In this document: positions 12,490-24,455 of the stretch, in pieces
How positions within the stretch are numbered: the stretch's first letter is position 1
Layout of the letters: each line of letters opens with the position of its first letter
Source: Ostrea edulis
Taxonomy: Eukaryota
Direction of reading: 5' to 3'
DNA: 64,000 nt
Assembly: GCF_947568905.1 (NCBI RefSeq)
Contig: NC_079164.1
Coordinates: forward strand, 1,984,001 to 2,048,000
The notes under the pieces: generated by a model
Databases searched by the model: none
What the model was told of the DNA's origin: nothing
Seen by the model: the letters and a program-made list of their open reading frames with translations, nothing else
Made by a program: the position numbers and the translations under genes

Positions 12490-12890
12490 AATTTGCGAAT
12501 ACGACCTGGCATAATGTCAAATTTCTGGAGTGTTTCATACCAATCATTAAGCCGTTCTTCACATTCTGATTTTGAGTATGGATTACACCGTTTATCTGAT
12601 GAAGGTATAAGGTTCACAGTGGATGTGACCAGTCAACATTTAATATTTGCGCTTCCTCTCACCTTTGGTGTTTCAGTACCCTCAAGGGACCTCCGTCGTA
12701 AAGGTCGTATCAGAAAAATGTCCACATCTAATGCCGGACACTTGACTAAGGAACAGTCCCAACATCATATGTGACATAGGCACAATACTAGGCACCTGAT
12801 CCCATCTCAGGTGTGTTCAGGGATCCGTGTTAGACATATTGTTGATTTTGTATTTTTTATTGAAGCTACGAGTCACTGTTCTTAATATTT
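12490..12890 (+). mobile_element. Degenerate PLE 3' fragment
   Basis: ggcacctgatccca...gtgtgttcagggatccgtgtt...ttgtattttttattg matches the PLE end in sense orientation. Confidence 0.6.
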
Positions 12891-13583
12891 AGGTTACTAT
12901 TTTATGATTCACGTATTTCTACTTTGTTACCGTGAAAAAAAATCATTATACCCCTGACAGATGGACAGAGCTACATTGAGGTCACAATGGCTCGAACGCC
13001 CATGTCATTTCTCTCTTAGCTTTAAATACCGCGACCAGCATAATACACTGAGCCCCAGTTCATACCAAAACAAATGTACACACACACGCACACAAATGTA
13101 CACACACAGTTATGAATCATGTTGCACTTGAGTGATTAAACAATACATATGCCTTACATAAAAATACATACACCGGGAACAGTATTATGTTAACACATTA
13201 TTTTCCATTCCGTATATTATTAAGTGTCAGTGAGATCGGACTCCATACTAGCAATCAATCTCTACCCAGAGTTATCGTTCCCGCTACGCTCCACTCAGCG
13301 TAATACGCCCTCTGGTGAGAGATTGACTAGCAATAAAACACTTACATGATGCAGAAAAACCAAGGTTGACTAATCAGCTATCGCCAGCCGAGATTAGACA
13401 ATGGGGATTTCTTTGAAGTGAATTGAAGAAAGAAAACTGAAGATACATGGTAGTTAAACATTGATGGATATCTGAAGTATGTAATTCATATCCACAGCTT
13501 TAAGGACGCGTTAACGTGAAAAACTTGTTTTTAACCAAATGCTACAATTTCAAGGCATGTTTTTGTACATGTAAATAAACAAC

Positions 13584-16500
13584 ATGGCTGACAGCCATGC
13601 GATTGATGTACATGCAATGCAGAATGAGTGGGCAAGATTAATAACTTTCGCTAACTTTCCGGATCATCAACGTGTAAGCACCATCCGACTTGCCCATTCG
13701 GGATTTTACTACACGGGTCAAGGGTGTGTCTGTCGGTGTGTTTTCTGTGGATTTGAAGATAGTGACTGGACAAGAGGAGTTATCCCGCCCCATTGTGAGG
13801 AGTATCTAAGGAGGGGAAGAAATGAACCTATAGATCTGCATAATCGGGAAACTTACGATGAAGATTCTCACGACTTACTGGCACGGTCAAGTATCATTCC
13901 TTTCAACGGCGAAGAGACACGGCTAAACACAGCGAGTACCCATTCATTCAAGCAGCTATGGATTACAATCAATTCCAATCATGTTGAACAGCCTTTACAT
14001 TTAAGTGACCAAGATCAAACCCAATCTGAAATCTTCGAGTGGCTCAGAATAGAAAGGAATATCTACTGTTCAAATTCTTTAAATTTTCAAACTTCTTTAA
14101 ACTTGGATCTCGGTCTGCGGCCTTCATTTGAAGAACACGCCAATCAATCGTCAAGCAGAGCTAACGTTTTTCATTATCTACGAATATGCGAAGAGACCCG
14201 TGATCAGTTTTTGAGTTATGGCAGTTTTACTTCCAATCAATCTGTCAGGGAAATGATGGAGGGGAACACCAGACAAAGTACATTTTCAATACTTTCATTA
14301 TCTCATTCATGCTCAGCTCAGGAACAGATGTCTCGAGTTATATCCCCTTCACAGTCATCTCAGGAACAGACGTGTCAAGTTACACAGCCTTCAGAAACGT
14401 CTGATGATCATGTAACAGCACTGAATTACTTAGAAGAATCACAAATGCTACAAACATCAACAGAGATAGCTAACGAAAGGGGCAATGTCATCAGTCAAAC
14501 TGAAGATGTACTATCTCCCTCAGATATTTATGATACTTCCCACGAAACACCATTAGATGAACCTACTAATGAATACGAAGATTCGATTCCGTTAAGAATG
14601 TCATCTGACAATAGCACATGTAAATCTGATCAGATATGGATAAGTATAGTTGGGCATGATACCATGAATTTAAATCGTGATAATTCTCCTGTCAATGTGA
14701 AACCAAATCCAAGCATATCAGAATCCATGACACAAGCCACAGAAGTAAGAGAACGTTCTATCGGAGAGAATGTTCCACCGATGAGCAGATCTGTGAGAAA
14801 TACCACCGCAACACCACAGACTTATTCAGAGAGATTAGCAACTTTTCATAACTGGCCCCGTCACCTTGCACAACATCCAGAAGAAATGGCAGCCGCCGGA
14901 TTTTACTACACAGGGCAAGGAGATTCAGTGCGCTGTCCTTACTGTGATAAGGGCTTATATAAATGGGAACCAATTGATAATCCATTGACAGAACACGCTC
15001 GTTTCTTTCCACAATGCAAATTCGTTCAGCAATACATACACCAAAGACAGCATGGACAGGTACGATTTTGTGAAAGGAATACTTGTCAAAAACATGTGTA
15101 AAAAGATGCAATTTGGTTTAGAATTCTTATATTAATGATATATGTTGAAACATGGAATTATTGCAATCAATGAAAAAGCGAAGATAATATCATATTATTA
15201 TTCATATATGATAATACTTGTATTTTATAACTTTATATTAAGTATAATATTGTGTCAAATAATGTACACTTCATATCTTTGCGTATATATTTACCTCCAT
15301 AATAACTGTTTCAGGGCACAGAATTTCGACCAAGGCCACAACACATCACACTGGACCAAATCAGCCATCTCGATTCCTTGAAAGAAGTGCTTGATTTGTC
15401 TTTCAATATCGATGACATATTGCTAGCATACAATTCGTTATCTTCTACATTGGGTAAGTACTTCACATTCACTATCCTGAATATAATTTTGTGAACAGAT
15501 AATCCAAATAGTATGTCAAATGTAAACAGATTAAATAGCAATGAAACTTCGATTTCTCATTATGAATATTTTGTTGTTAGTTTTCTTTTTATGCATAAAT
15601 TTTTCAGATATCAGAGATATCACACCCATAGAAATACTGAAGTTTTTCTTTGAGGCAGACCAAGAAGCGGAAAGCTCCAATGAAAGTAAGCTTTGTGGAA
15701 GAAGTCTGGGTGAATCTGGAGGCATTTGCAGAAAATGAGAAATTCATTTCTTTTCATTGATTGTTCTGGTTAATATTCAAAACTCCTTTCTTGATACCGG
15801 AAATGTTTACTCCTCCTAAACATCTGATTCAACCTCTGGCTTCGGTGTTTACCTTCCTCTCAATTTTATATTCTTGATAGGGTGAATGATATTGATCACT
15901 GTTATCTTCACACTTTTGGGATTCTGAAAAGTAAGGATACCCTCATTCAATCTGTGAAATGCGTGATAGTTATTCTAAGGTTAAGGCAGGTCTTGGGGAT
16001 AAAATATTTGTCATCTAACATACATTTCAAAAGACATCTTTATTTATTGTTGTATGTCCATTCACATTGTCGTGAATAAGATCAAAGTAAAGAGTGACGG
16101 TTCACCTGAAATTACCACCTTTTAAATCTTTATTCTTAAATCTTTTCAACAGACAAGATCCTAAGTTATGAAAAGAAAAGTACATTTGAACTTTGGTTTC
16201 CAATAGGATTGTCACAAATCATAGCACTACCGTTTCCTTCTGCGATACTGAATTACTATTACAGATTCTATTTAGAAATAAATTGTCCTATCGGTCGACC
16301 TGCAATGGGTTCTCTAATGTGATGTGTAAATAATGTAACATTGTAATGGGTAACCAAGTCAGTTCTCGTGAGTTCTCGTGAATGTTATACCAGTTTTCCC
16401 ATCATGAACACCAGTTGTGTGTTAGAAATTACCTGATCCCACCTTTGTATGTCCAGAGGTCCGTGTTTACCGCCTCTCAACTCGAGATTGATCACTGTTC

Positions 16501-17752
16501 GTTATCTTCACCATTTTATAATTCTGAAATGTCATCTGCGATATGCTTAATAGTTGGACCCCAACCGTCACACATTAAAATATTAATTATGATAAAAACT
16601 CTTTATTGCACGAGACATGAAAACGTGAAGATAGAGAACAGTGCTCAGTTTTATAAATCCCATAACGTGAAGATAGATGACAGTGCTCAGTTTTATAAAT
16701 CCCATTTGAGACGAGCAAGACACTTAACATCTTGCATCACAATTTTATACTTTCATTTAAAGGCCGGGAAAAATAACGCACACGATATAAATAGTGCAAT
16801 GAAAGGTGAATATAACGAACAGTGATCAATCTCATAACTCCTATAAGCATACAAAATAGATAGTTGGGCAAACACGAACCCCTGGACACACCAGAGGTGG
16901 GATCAAGTGCGTAGGAGGAGTAAGCATCCCCTGTCGACCGGTCACATCCGCCGTGAGCCCTATATCCTGATCAGGTAAGCGGAGTTATCCGTAGTCTAAA
17001 TCAGTGTGCCAAGAACGGTCTAACATTCGGTATGAAACACTTCAGACAGCATTTGATCCAATGGTAGGTTGTATTGACGAACTAGATCATTATAATGACC
17101 ATAGAATTTGCGAAATGCTAACTTCAATCAACCCTGTACCAATAACTTCTTTGTCAGTAGCTTGCCTCAATTTAGAAACTGACCATACCCAGAACAAGCT
17201 CTTGCTTATCGAGTTTGTCATACAGTGGAGTTGTATGCGGCTTTATGTTTAGCCTCGATATTTTTTGTTTTCTTTCAAACCAATTCAGAAATAATTAACA
17301 CCAACAAAACGAACGAAGGTATGAGAAAATATGTATGTTTGTTAAGTATGTGGTACTTTACAAACAATTTATTTCAACTACGGGTTTTTCGGCGAAGAAC
17401 CAGATTGATGGGACATTTTGCCAGAGCACTTTGGGTAATCTCCATTATTTTTCCACTCGGAGATCCTTACTTGGTTATTACCTCGCACACTGAATGCGAT
17501 CAAATTGTCACCATGTTACCACTTATTCATCAGTACTTAGCTATAGCTGTGTTTTACTGTAAACATATTATACATGTAGTTCATCTTTATGTTACAGACG
17601 GCTGTTTATGTTGTGTGTGCCATGACTGTGTTGTGACTGTGTTGTTCTTCCCTTGCCGCCATGGATGTTGTGAAAAATGTGATGACGAGGTTGAACACTG
17701 TCCCTTCTGTGCTCATTATATAAAAGCAAGACATCGAGTATATGTAGGATAA
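13584..17752 (+). CDS. IAP-C: inhibitor of apoptosis, truncated BIR + long S/T-rich linker + BIR + UBA-like + RING (~615 aa)
   Basis: join(13584..15059,15315..15453,15608..15685,17598..17752) = 1848 nt, all GT-AG and in phase (0,1,1). BIR2 CPYC-x16-H-x6-C; UBA-like LDSLKEVLDLSFNIDDILLAYNSL; RING CCVCHDCVVTVLFFPCRHGCCEKCDDEVEHCPFC. Extra small exons cannot be excluded. Confidence 0.88.
16405..17200. mobile_element. Inverted pair of PLE fragments in IAP-C intron 3 (16405-16512 sense; 16800-17200 antisense)
   Basis: Both contain the TGAAGATAACGAACAGTGATCAATC terminus, in opposite orientations. Confidence 0.8.
17598..17752 (+). CDS. IAP-C terminal RING exon
   Basis: gttacag acceptor, phase 1; GCLCCVCHDCVVTVLFFPCRHGCCEKCDDEVEHCPFCAHYIKARHRVYVG*. 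Only the end of ORF 17225..17752 is coding. Confidence 0.85.
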
Positions 17753-17894
17753 TAGGGTGTTAGAAAAGACATGGAAGTATAATATTCATTACCAAAAAAT
17801 AATGAAAATATGACTACAACTTCATAGAATAAAATAGTCAAAGAATAGAGGGAATTGAAAATTTTAAGAGATTTTAACAGGGAATGCTTCAACT

Positions 17895-18095
17895 CCTCCT
17901 AGACACCTGATTCCCTCTATTGTGTGTCCAGGGGTCCGTGTTTACCCTTGCTAATAATAATGGAATTATGAGATTGATCACTCTAGCTCATTGATGTACA
18001 TGTACTTTTCAAGACAATCTCTTGTGTGTCCAGGGATCCGTGTTTGCCTTATAGTTTTGTATTCTTTATAGGGATCATGGGATTTATCACTTTTG
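17895..18095 (+). mobile_element. Two short PLE terminus fragments between IAP-C and DUF229
   Basis: gtgtgtccaggggtccgtgttt...ttatgagattgatcact occurs twice. Confidence 0.65.
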
Positions 18096-18496
18096 CTTAT
18101 TGATGTACTTCTTAAGACAATCTACGAGTATGTTAGAAAAAACCAATCCGTTGAAACGCTGCACTGATTTCTCATCTGTTAATATTCATACGCTATAATA
18201 TGTATTCAAAGTGTACTGACTGTAAGACCTGAAGTAAAGCTTGACATTACGAAATAAACAAGATGTTCATTTAAACTGACTTCAGTATGGTCGCCTAGTG
18301 TTAAAACAAGATTGTCTCATATTTCATTATTCCGAGTAGAAGGACAAGAAAGATAACCCAAACCTGTTAATGACAACAGAGATTTTGTTTAATGCAAATT
18401 TTAAGGAGGAATAAGACATCGGGTGTGTTATGATCATAATATTTCTATTCAATTTTCAAAAGGAAGTCGGCCATTATGACGATGTAGTATTCCTCT

Positions 18497-20431
18497 TTAA
18501 TCTTTTGTTAGCTTAACGCGATTTTTACAATAGCAAAGTTTTCTTAGTTCCGACTTCTGTACACAATTCGAAGAGTCATTGTACCTATTCAGTCTGCTTA
18601 TATCACTCACTAGGTCTAGTGCGCTGAATTCCTCATCAAACCGAAACGTCCCCTCGAACACCCCTCCACCTGGCTGTGTTCGAATTGTGACTTGGTAGTC
18701 AACCACTGCGTTCACCGGATCCCCATATTGTATCTTTTTGTGCAGAACCTCGTTTTCAATGCTTTCAAATTTCAAAAGGTTGTCTTGAGGTTTGATCAAA
18801 TAGGATAACAAAATATCTTCCAGTGATAAGTTTGCACATATCGAACTTACGTTACTGAGTTTTAAATTAATATTTTCAACAAATGTGTTTGAAATCTTTT
18901 TCACAATTGAACTGTTATTGGAGACAGTGATCATTTCAGTACAGGTGCACCAGTGTGGTGATATTTCAGCGCTCTCACACGTCCTGTTGAGAGGTATCTG
19001 AGCAAGAAGACTGAAGGCCCGCTTTGATGTTGGTCTATATTTATTTTTATGTAATACATTTTTGAGAAATTCGTGAAGGTCAAACGGTGTGGTCAGCCTC
19101 CTGGTGTTAATGGTCAGGTGTTTCATGAATTCACTGTGCTCCTTGGAGAACATTTCTGGAACTATCACATTCAATAATGGCAACCGTTCTTCCAATTTTC
19201 CAATATATGTGTTTCTAATTTCACCAAATCGCATTCCATGATCGCTGAATACTATAACCACGGTAGTCCTGAGAAACCCTCCATTATAAAGACCTCTGAA
19301 AAACGTGTGCACTAAATCATCGATTGAACCTGCACCTTGTATGTAGTCGTGAGTCATCCGAGAAAGGTACACAAAAGCAAAATATGGATAGTGTGTCATA
19401 GCTCTGACATAATCGGATACATATTCCAATAGTACATCGGTTTCTAGTCTATCCAAAACACAATTATGATCTTCAAACCATATTTCTTCCGTTTGTTCCA
19501 TAGCAACTGCCATTGGACGGTTATAATAATCCGTGGGTTTATTTCTGAAACCCGCTTTAGCATTATCAAACGTGGCCATGTTTGGTGAATCTTCGACGAA
19601 CAAGGTGATGAAACCTTTTTCTTTAAAATCATCCCAAATAAACCTGAAGGAATCAAATGTCTGGTGACGAATGTTTTCGTTCCATGGTAGCTGTTCTGCG
19701 AATTTCCCCGATAAAAGTGGAATTAAGTTAACAAACGTGTTATCTGCAACTTTGTTGTAGCCGAGGAATTCCAAGGCGTTCATTGTCAACATAAGTTGGC
19801 GCGTTCTTTTCATGTATCGCAGATAGTTCATCCTCGACACAGAATCAATACCAACCATCAGAATGCTCGGAGACAAATCATCAAAGTTCACTTTTGTATA
19901 TGTATCGTTTTGAGGAAGGTAGATATAGTGAAAGTTTGTATAAATGACAGCATTTGTGGAGTTGTAACATTGAACACGAACAAACTCTCCACTCACCTTT
20001 ATCGAATCCCTGAATTTCTTACTCTCTGTAGAATACGTGATGTCGTTGTGTTTCCCATTTTCTGTGTGTCGTATGCTCTGATGTGTGCAGTGCGAGAAAT
20101 TTCCGCTGTTCGAAATATTCACTGCCGTCCAGTTGACGAATACTTTTCCATGCGATCCAAAAGTGTAGGATAAATCCCTCGGACAGATTATCTTCCTCGG
20201 TTTGGGAATCCAGTGTCGCACGCTGATGTCCAAAGGATCCAAGTTCGGAATTCTACAAGATGGTGTATCCACTAGGAACGGTTCTTTGAACACGGTGGGT
20301 ATTCCACTGAAGCCCAGATGTTGCATGTCTACACGAGTGTTCGGCCATTTTGACATAAGTACATATAAAATTAGAACGACACATGCAGCAAGGAAGAAAA
20401 TGACGTCTTTTCGTTTCATTTGATTTCCCAT
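18497..20431 (-). CDS. Intronless DUF229-family protein (alkaline phosphatase/sulfatase superfamily), probable type II membrane protein, 644 aa
   Basis: N-terminal hydrophobic anchor VIFFLAACVVLILYVLM; motifs GIDSVSR, GYNKVADNTFVNL, THD, VFSDHG, EERLP and TTPFDLH; Cys-rich C-terminus. Confidence 0.85.
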   Translation of the reverse strand: MGNQMKRKDVIFFLAACVVLILYVLMSKWPNTRVDMQHLGFSGIPTVFKEPFLVDTPSCRIPNLDPLDISVRHWIPKPRKIICPRDLSYTFGSHGKVFVNWTAVNISNSGNFSHCTHQSIRHTENGKHNDITYSTESKKFRDSIKVSGEFVRVQCYNSTNAVIYTNFHYIYLPQNDTYTKVNFDDLSPSILMVGIDSVSRMNYLRYMKRTRQLMLTMNALEFLGYNKVADNTFVNLIPLLSGKFAEQLPWNENIRHQTFDSFRFIWDDFKEKGFITLFVEDSPNMATFDNAKAGFRNKPTDYYNRPMAVAMEQTEEIWFEDHNCVLDRLETDVLLEYVSDYVRAMTHYPYFAFVYLSRMTHDYIQGAGSIDDLVHTFFRGLYNGGFLRTTVVIVFSDHGMRFGEIRNTYIGKLEERLPLLNVIVPEMFSKEHSEFMKHLTINTRRLTTPFDLHEFLKNVLHKNKYRPTSKRAFSLLAQIPLNRTCESAEISPHWCTCTEMITVSNNSSIVKKISNTFVENINLKLSNVSSICANLSLEDILLSYLIKPQDNLLKFESIENEVLHKKIQYGDPVNAVVDYQVTIRTQPGGGVFEGTFRFDEEFSALDLVSDISRLNRYNDSSNCVQKSELRKLCYCKNRVKLTKD

Positions 20432-23400
20432 GTTTCAATTGCATCCCTCACACCATAATTATCTTGTATCGGTGAGTATATCCTAGAAGTCGAATTAAAT
20501 TTCCAACTTTTATAGACAACGTCATCCATCAAAGACCTCGTCTGCACATATTCAGATGCACTACAAAACGCCGTGTTACTCCTGATAAACCATGACACGA
20601 AATTCAAGACAAGAGAGATAAGGGATAAGTCTAGTTTACTTGAGTTCTTATGCGACAAAAAGGTGCGTACCCAGGGAACAGAGATGAGGTTTATCTGTAA
20701 TTCACTTTGATGGAAAGCCATGGGGGACCCCAGGTGATGATTTTGTGAACTTGACTTGCGGATCCTCTGTTGTTTTCCATTGTGCAATTTCTTGTATCCG
20801 TCTTCATCTTCTTTCACACCCAAATATTTACATTTGCCAATGCACATTCTTATGTGACAGTACTAATGAAATTCATATTCAATTTCTTGTAACAGAAGTT
20901 GGTCACGTGATCAGTCTTTTCTTGCGTATGAATACAATCAGTTCCTGTACGTTTATTCTTGCTTATGCAATGCAGTGAAGGATTTAGAGCCCCCCCCCCC
21001 CCTTTCGCCACAAATTTAAGAAGTAGAAATAGTGCGAGTTGAATTCCAGATTGGCACCAAAATGGCTGAGTATTTTGGCTAATACTTGACTTTTACATGT
21101 TGATATTGGAGGCAGAGTTATAAGCCTATTTACTTTATGATGATGATAAGTTAACCTGTCGTTTCCTTGCAACTGCCATCACGGCTATGACTCAGCATGA
21201 ACGAGGCTGGTTTCGAGGCTCGAAAAATCATGTTCATGTCAGGGTACCGGTGCAAGTCTTCATTAAAATAATATAACAGAGATCTCTCAAGTGAACGAAA
21301 ACTGTCAGATTCGCTACCTCGCACGAACCCTTGACATCAGTGACTATCAAAACGTTGGGCTCGTTCCGATTGCTTCCACAACAGAGAGGGAACCAATGAG
21401 AATGCGGTTCTATATATAACAACGCAAAGCGAGAAATTCAAATAAAAACACGTGTATTGATACCTACACTTATGTTTAAGCAATATTGTCTAAGTAAAAA
21501 CGTTTCCAAACTTTATCTACTATCCATAAACGTAATTAGTGGTGTAAATATGTCCGCGTGTTTATCAATACAGCATGCAGTCATCTGTATCCATGTACTA
21601 AGAGAAGCTTGCGTAAGGCACCCTCTGGTGAGAGAATGGTACATCATAACAAGATGCAGTGATTTCATTGGATGTTTTATTTAAATAGTGGATTGCGTAA
21701 TGGTCTAATGAGCCCCATATTTTACATAGCGACTCATCTTCACAAGTCAAGGGTTATTAGTGCGAGGTAGCGAATCAATACCCCTCCCAGCAAACACGTG
21801 ACGTCAAATCGACGTCGGATTTTGGTTGAATTTAGGTCGCGACGTCAGATGACTAAATTCCAACGTCGGATGGACGTCAAATTGCTACGTCTAATCAATG
21901 TCGGCTATTGACGTCGTTATGACGTTGATAATTGGTTGTGGTCAGTCTGAAGTGGGAAAACGTCAGTTCTTCAACGTTGTGGAAATTATGAAACTGCGTG
22001 TGATATAGTAATTAATTGATTTTGTCTGGTCGTCTAAAATAGGCAAAAGCCTGTATTCAAATTAGAGTTGTAATATTTTATTTTAAACCATAACTTTCCG
22101 GATATTTTATTTCACGTAGATTACGACTGCGATAAGAATTTTGGTTCAATCTTTATACTCAACAGAGAACGCCAGACAATAGTCGGCCTATTTCAATTGC
22201 TTATTTTCAGTCGGTCGTTTACTATGAAAGAAAAGTTAAAAGTAATTGCATTTGCCCAAACCCATGTAAATTGTGCAGCATGCATGCAGAAAACCATGCT
22301 ACAGAGAGAGAAATTACGACATCTACCGTATACTGGTAATCATATCTTATGTCAGTTTTAAAACATACAAAAAAAATAATAAAAGTGTATTTTTAACTCA
22401 ACAATATGTTGAACAAATGAATTCATTTCATTTGCTTGTGGGTGTGCATGCTCTGCTCTGGGAATTCTAATTAAGGATCCCCCTTTCATGCAATGTGTTT
22501 ACCGAGAGTTAACGAGGAATGGCACAGCGGGATGCTCTGGCCAAGACTCATACAGCCGATCCTAGTTATGCAATTTTTTCGGGATTTGATATGCTGTGTA
22601 GGTCAAAGTTTTGGAAAACCCAAGCCATTCTTGTAACACAAAGTCTGAGAGCTGGTGAACAGTCGGGTAAAGTGAGTATAGTTTTGTAGTTAATATTTAT
22701 ATCTTATAAATGCCAGCATCGACATGTAAATGATTCATTCTGTATATTTGGCAATTGTAAGACCTGTGTATAATTTGATTTGTAAACAAAAGAAATTCAA
22801 ATTCTAAGAACATTAATTTTGTAATACTATAACATCAAGTGTACATCATTTACTAATACACAAAGTATGCAACATTAGCATGATATGCATGGTTATATTG
22901 ATTGTTTAAGATAACTCTGAATTTTTGAGTAGAACGAAATCATCCTTAGTAAGTTTAAACAACATACAAGTTTGGTATATCAAATAAAAAATAACAATAA
23001 ACTAAAACGTATATGTACATCACTCTTGTCCTCGTTTGTAAAATATATATATATATCGCTTAATTTATTCACTCTATAGCTTATTGAATTGTAGCTTATG
23101 AAGTGAACACCTTCCCGATGCACATACACTGTTAATAGTAATATTTATGCATTTTAATTCTGACACTATGGATATTTTATTCACATGTATGTGCACATCG
23201 ATTTTATATGTACAGCTGTACCTGTGTAACTTCAAAGCCCCTGTAACGATCTACTTTCCCATTCACTCACTATTTATGTGGGAAAGAGTGTTTCATGGAC
23301 TGTATATTTTAATTACATTTTCAGGATAATGACAAATGATGTAATGTCCCTTATGAATATAAAGGGCAAAGAGGGAAGATGGCATTTGGCACGACATCAG

Positions 23401-23778
23401 TGTTTCAGGCAGTGATAGGTATGTTTATCTATGTCAGGTTCATTAAATTTAATGTCATTAAAATTTTTATGTTCCTGCAACTAAAGTAGAGGGTATGAAT
23501 TTGTTTTTCACTTGTCTTTCTGTCTGAAACTTTAAACTTGATAATAAATTTTGAATTTTTAAATTTCTAACTTGTTACCACTAGATATTGTAAAAGATCA
23601 TTTTTAATAAATGCTTCTTTATTTTTGTAGCAAGTGCAGTTCATCAATTCAATGCGAAGGAACACGAAGTCCGAGAGGCTGTTGCGAAGTACCTTAAATA
23701 TGCACCAGACCGGAGAGGTGGAGGTGGCCGGGTCGAAAAATAATTAATGGAATAAAATGATAACTTTGATTTATATTT

Positions 23779-24041
23779 CAGGGCGTCAAGTTTCCTTAAG
23801 TTTCTATATTTGGGGGTTATTCCTATAAATTCCTATATTTCCACAAAAATTCCTATATTTCTGTGAAATTCCTATATTTTAGGGTAAGCAAGAAATGTTG
23901 GATTCTGAAGCAAAACCAGTACTGTATATTACAAACAATTTGTGTCATCTATTTGTAACTATACAACATTTACTTCAAAAAGGTGCTATATTTCTGAGGT
24001 TTGTCCTATATTTTTTGGACCAAAATTCACTTGACGCCCTG
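23779..24041. mobile_element. MITE nested in the EnSpm-like element
   Basis: Perfect 12-bp TIR CAGGGCGTCAAG; flanking duplication ATATTT; internal ttcctatattt repeats. Confidence 0.75.
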
Positions 24042-24180
24042 ATATTTGATAGTGTTACTGACTGAATATTATTTCATGAACAATGAATAAAGAAGAAAAA
24101 TGACAAGAATAAGAGTTCCCTTGTTCAAATGATTACATTTCAACTTATTGATGTTGCAAAAATGGTGTCAGTTTGATGTC

Positions 24181-24455
24181 GATTGATTGATTGTATATTG
24201 TTAATGTCTTGCTCAAGAATTTTTTACTCCTATGGAGACGTCATCATTGCCGGTGAAGGGTTGCAAAATTTAGGCTTATGCTCGGCTCTTATATGGCCTT
24301 TAAGCAGGGATGGATCTTTATCATGCCACAACTAGTTTGACACAGCTAGGGCCTCGGTTTTTGCGGTCTCATCCAAAGGACCGTCCCGTTTAGTCACCTC
24401 TTACGACAAGCAAGGGGTATTGAGGACCTATTATAACCCGGATCCCCATGGGATC
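24181..24455 (-). mobile_element. SINE fragment nested in the EnSpm-like element (same 3' tail as the tRNA-SINE, different 5' part)
   Basis: Minus strand ends gagcataagcctaaattttgcaacccttcaccgg...gacgtctccat...acaatcaatcaatc, like 49180-49295. Confidence 0.75.

Noticed and set aside
14758-15111. Antisense ORFs over IAP-C, DUF229, IAP-D and the TRIM-like genes (e.g. 14758-15111, 19796-20173, 31703-31927, 54097-54396)
   Set aside because: Shadow ORFs of real coding sequence with no recognisable motifs.
17225-17597. N-terminal hydrophobic part of ORF 17225..17752 as a membrane-anchored RING protein
   Set aside because: A strong acceptor at 17597 in the correct phase for IAP-C explains the RING; the upstream part reads as AT-rich intron.
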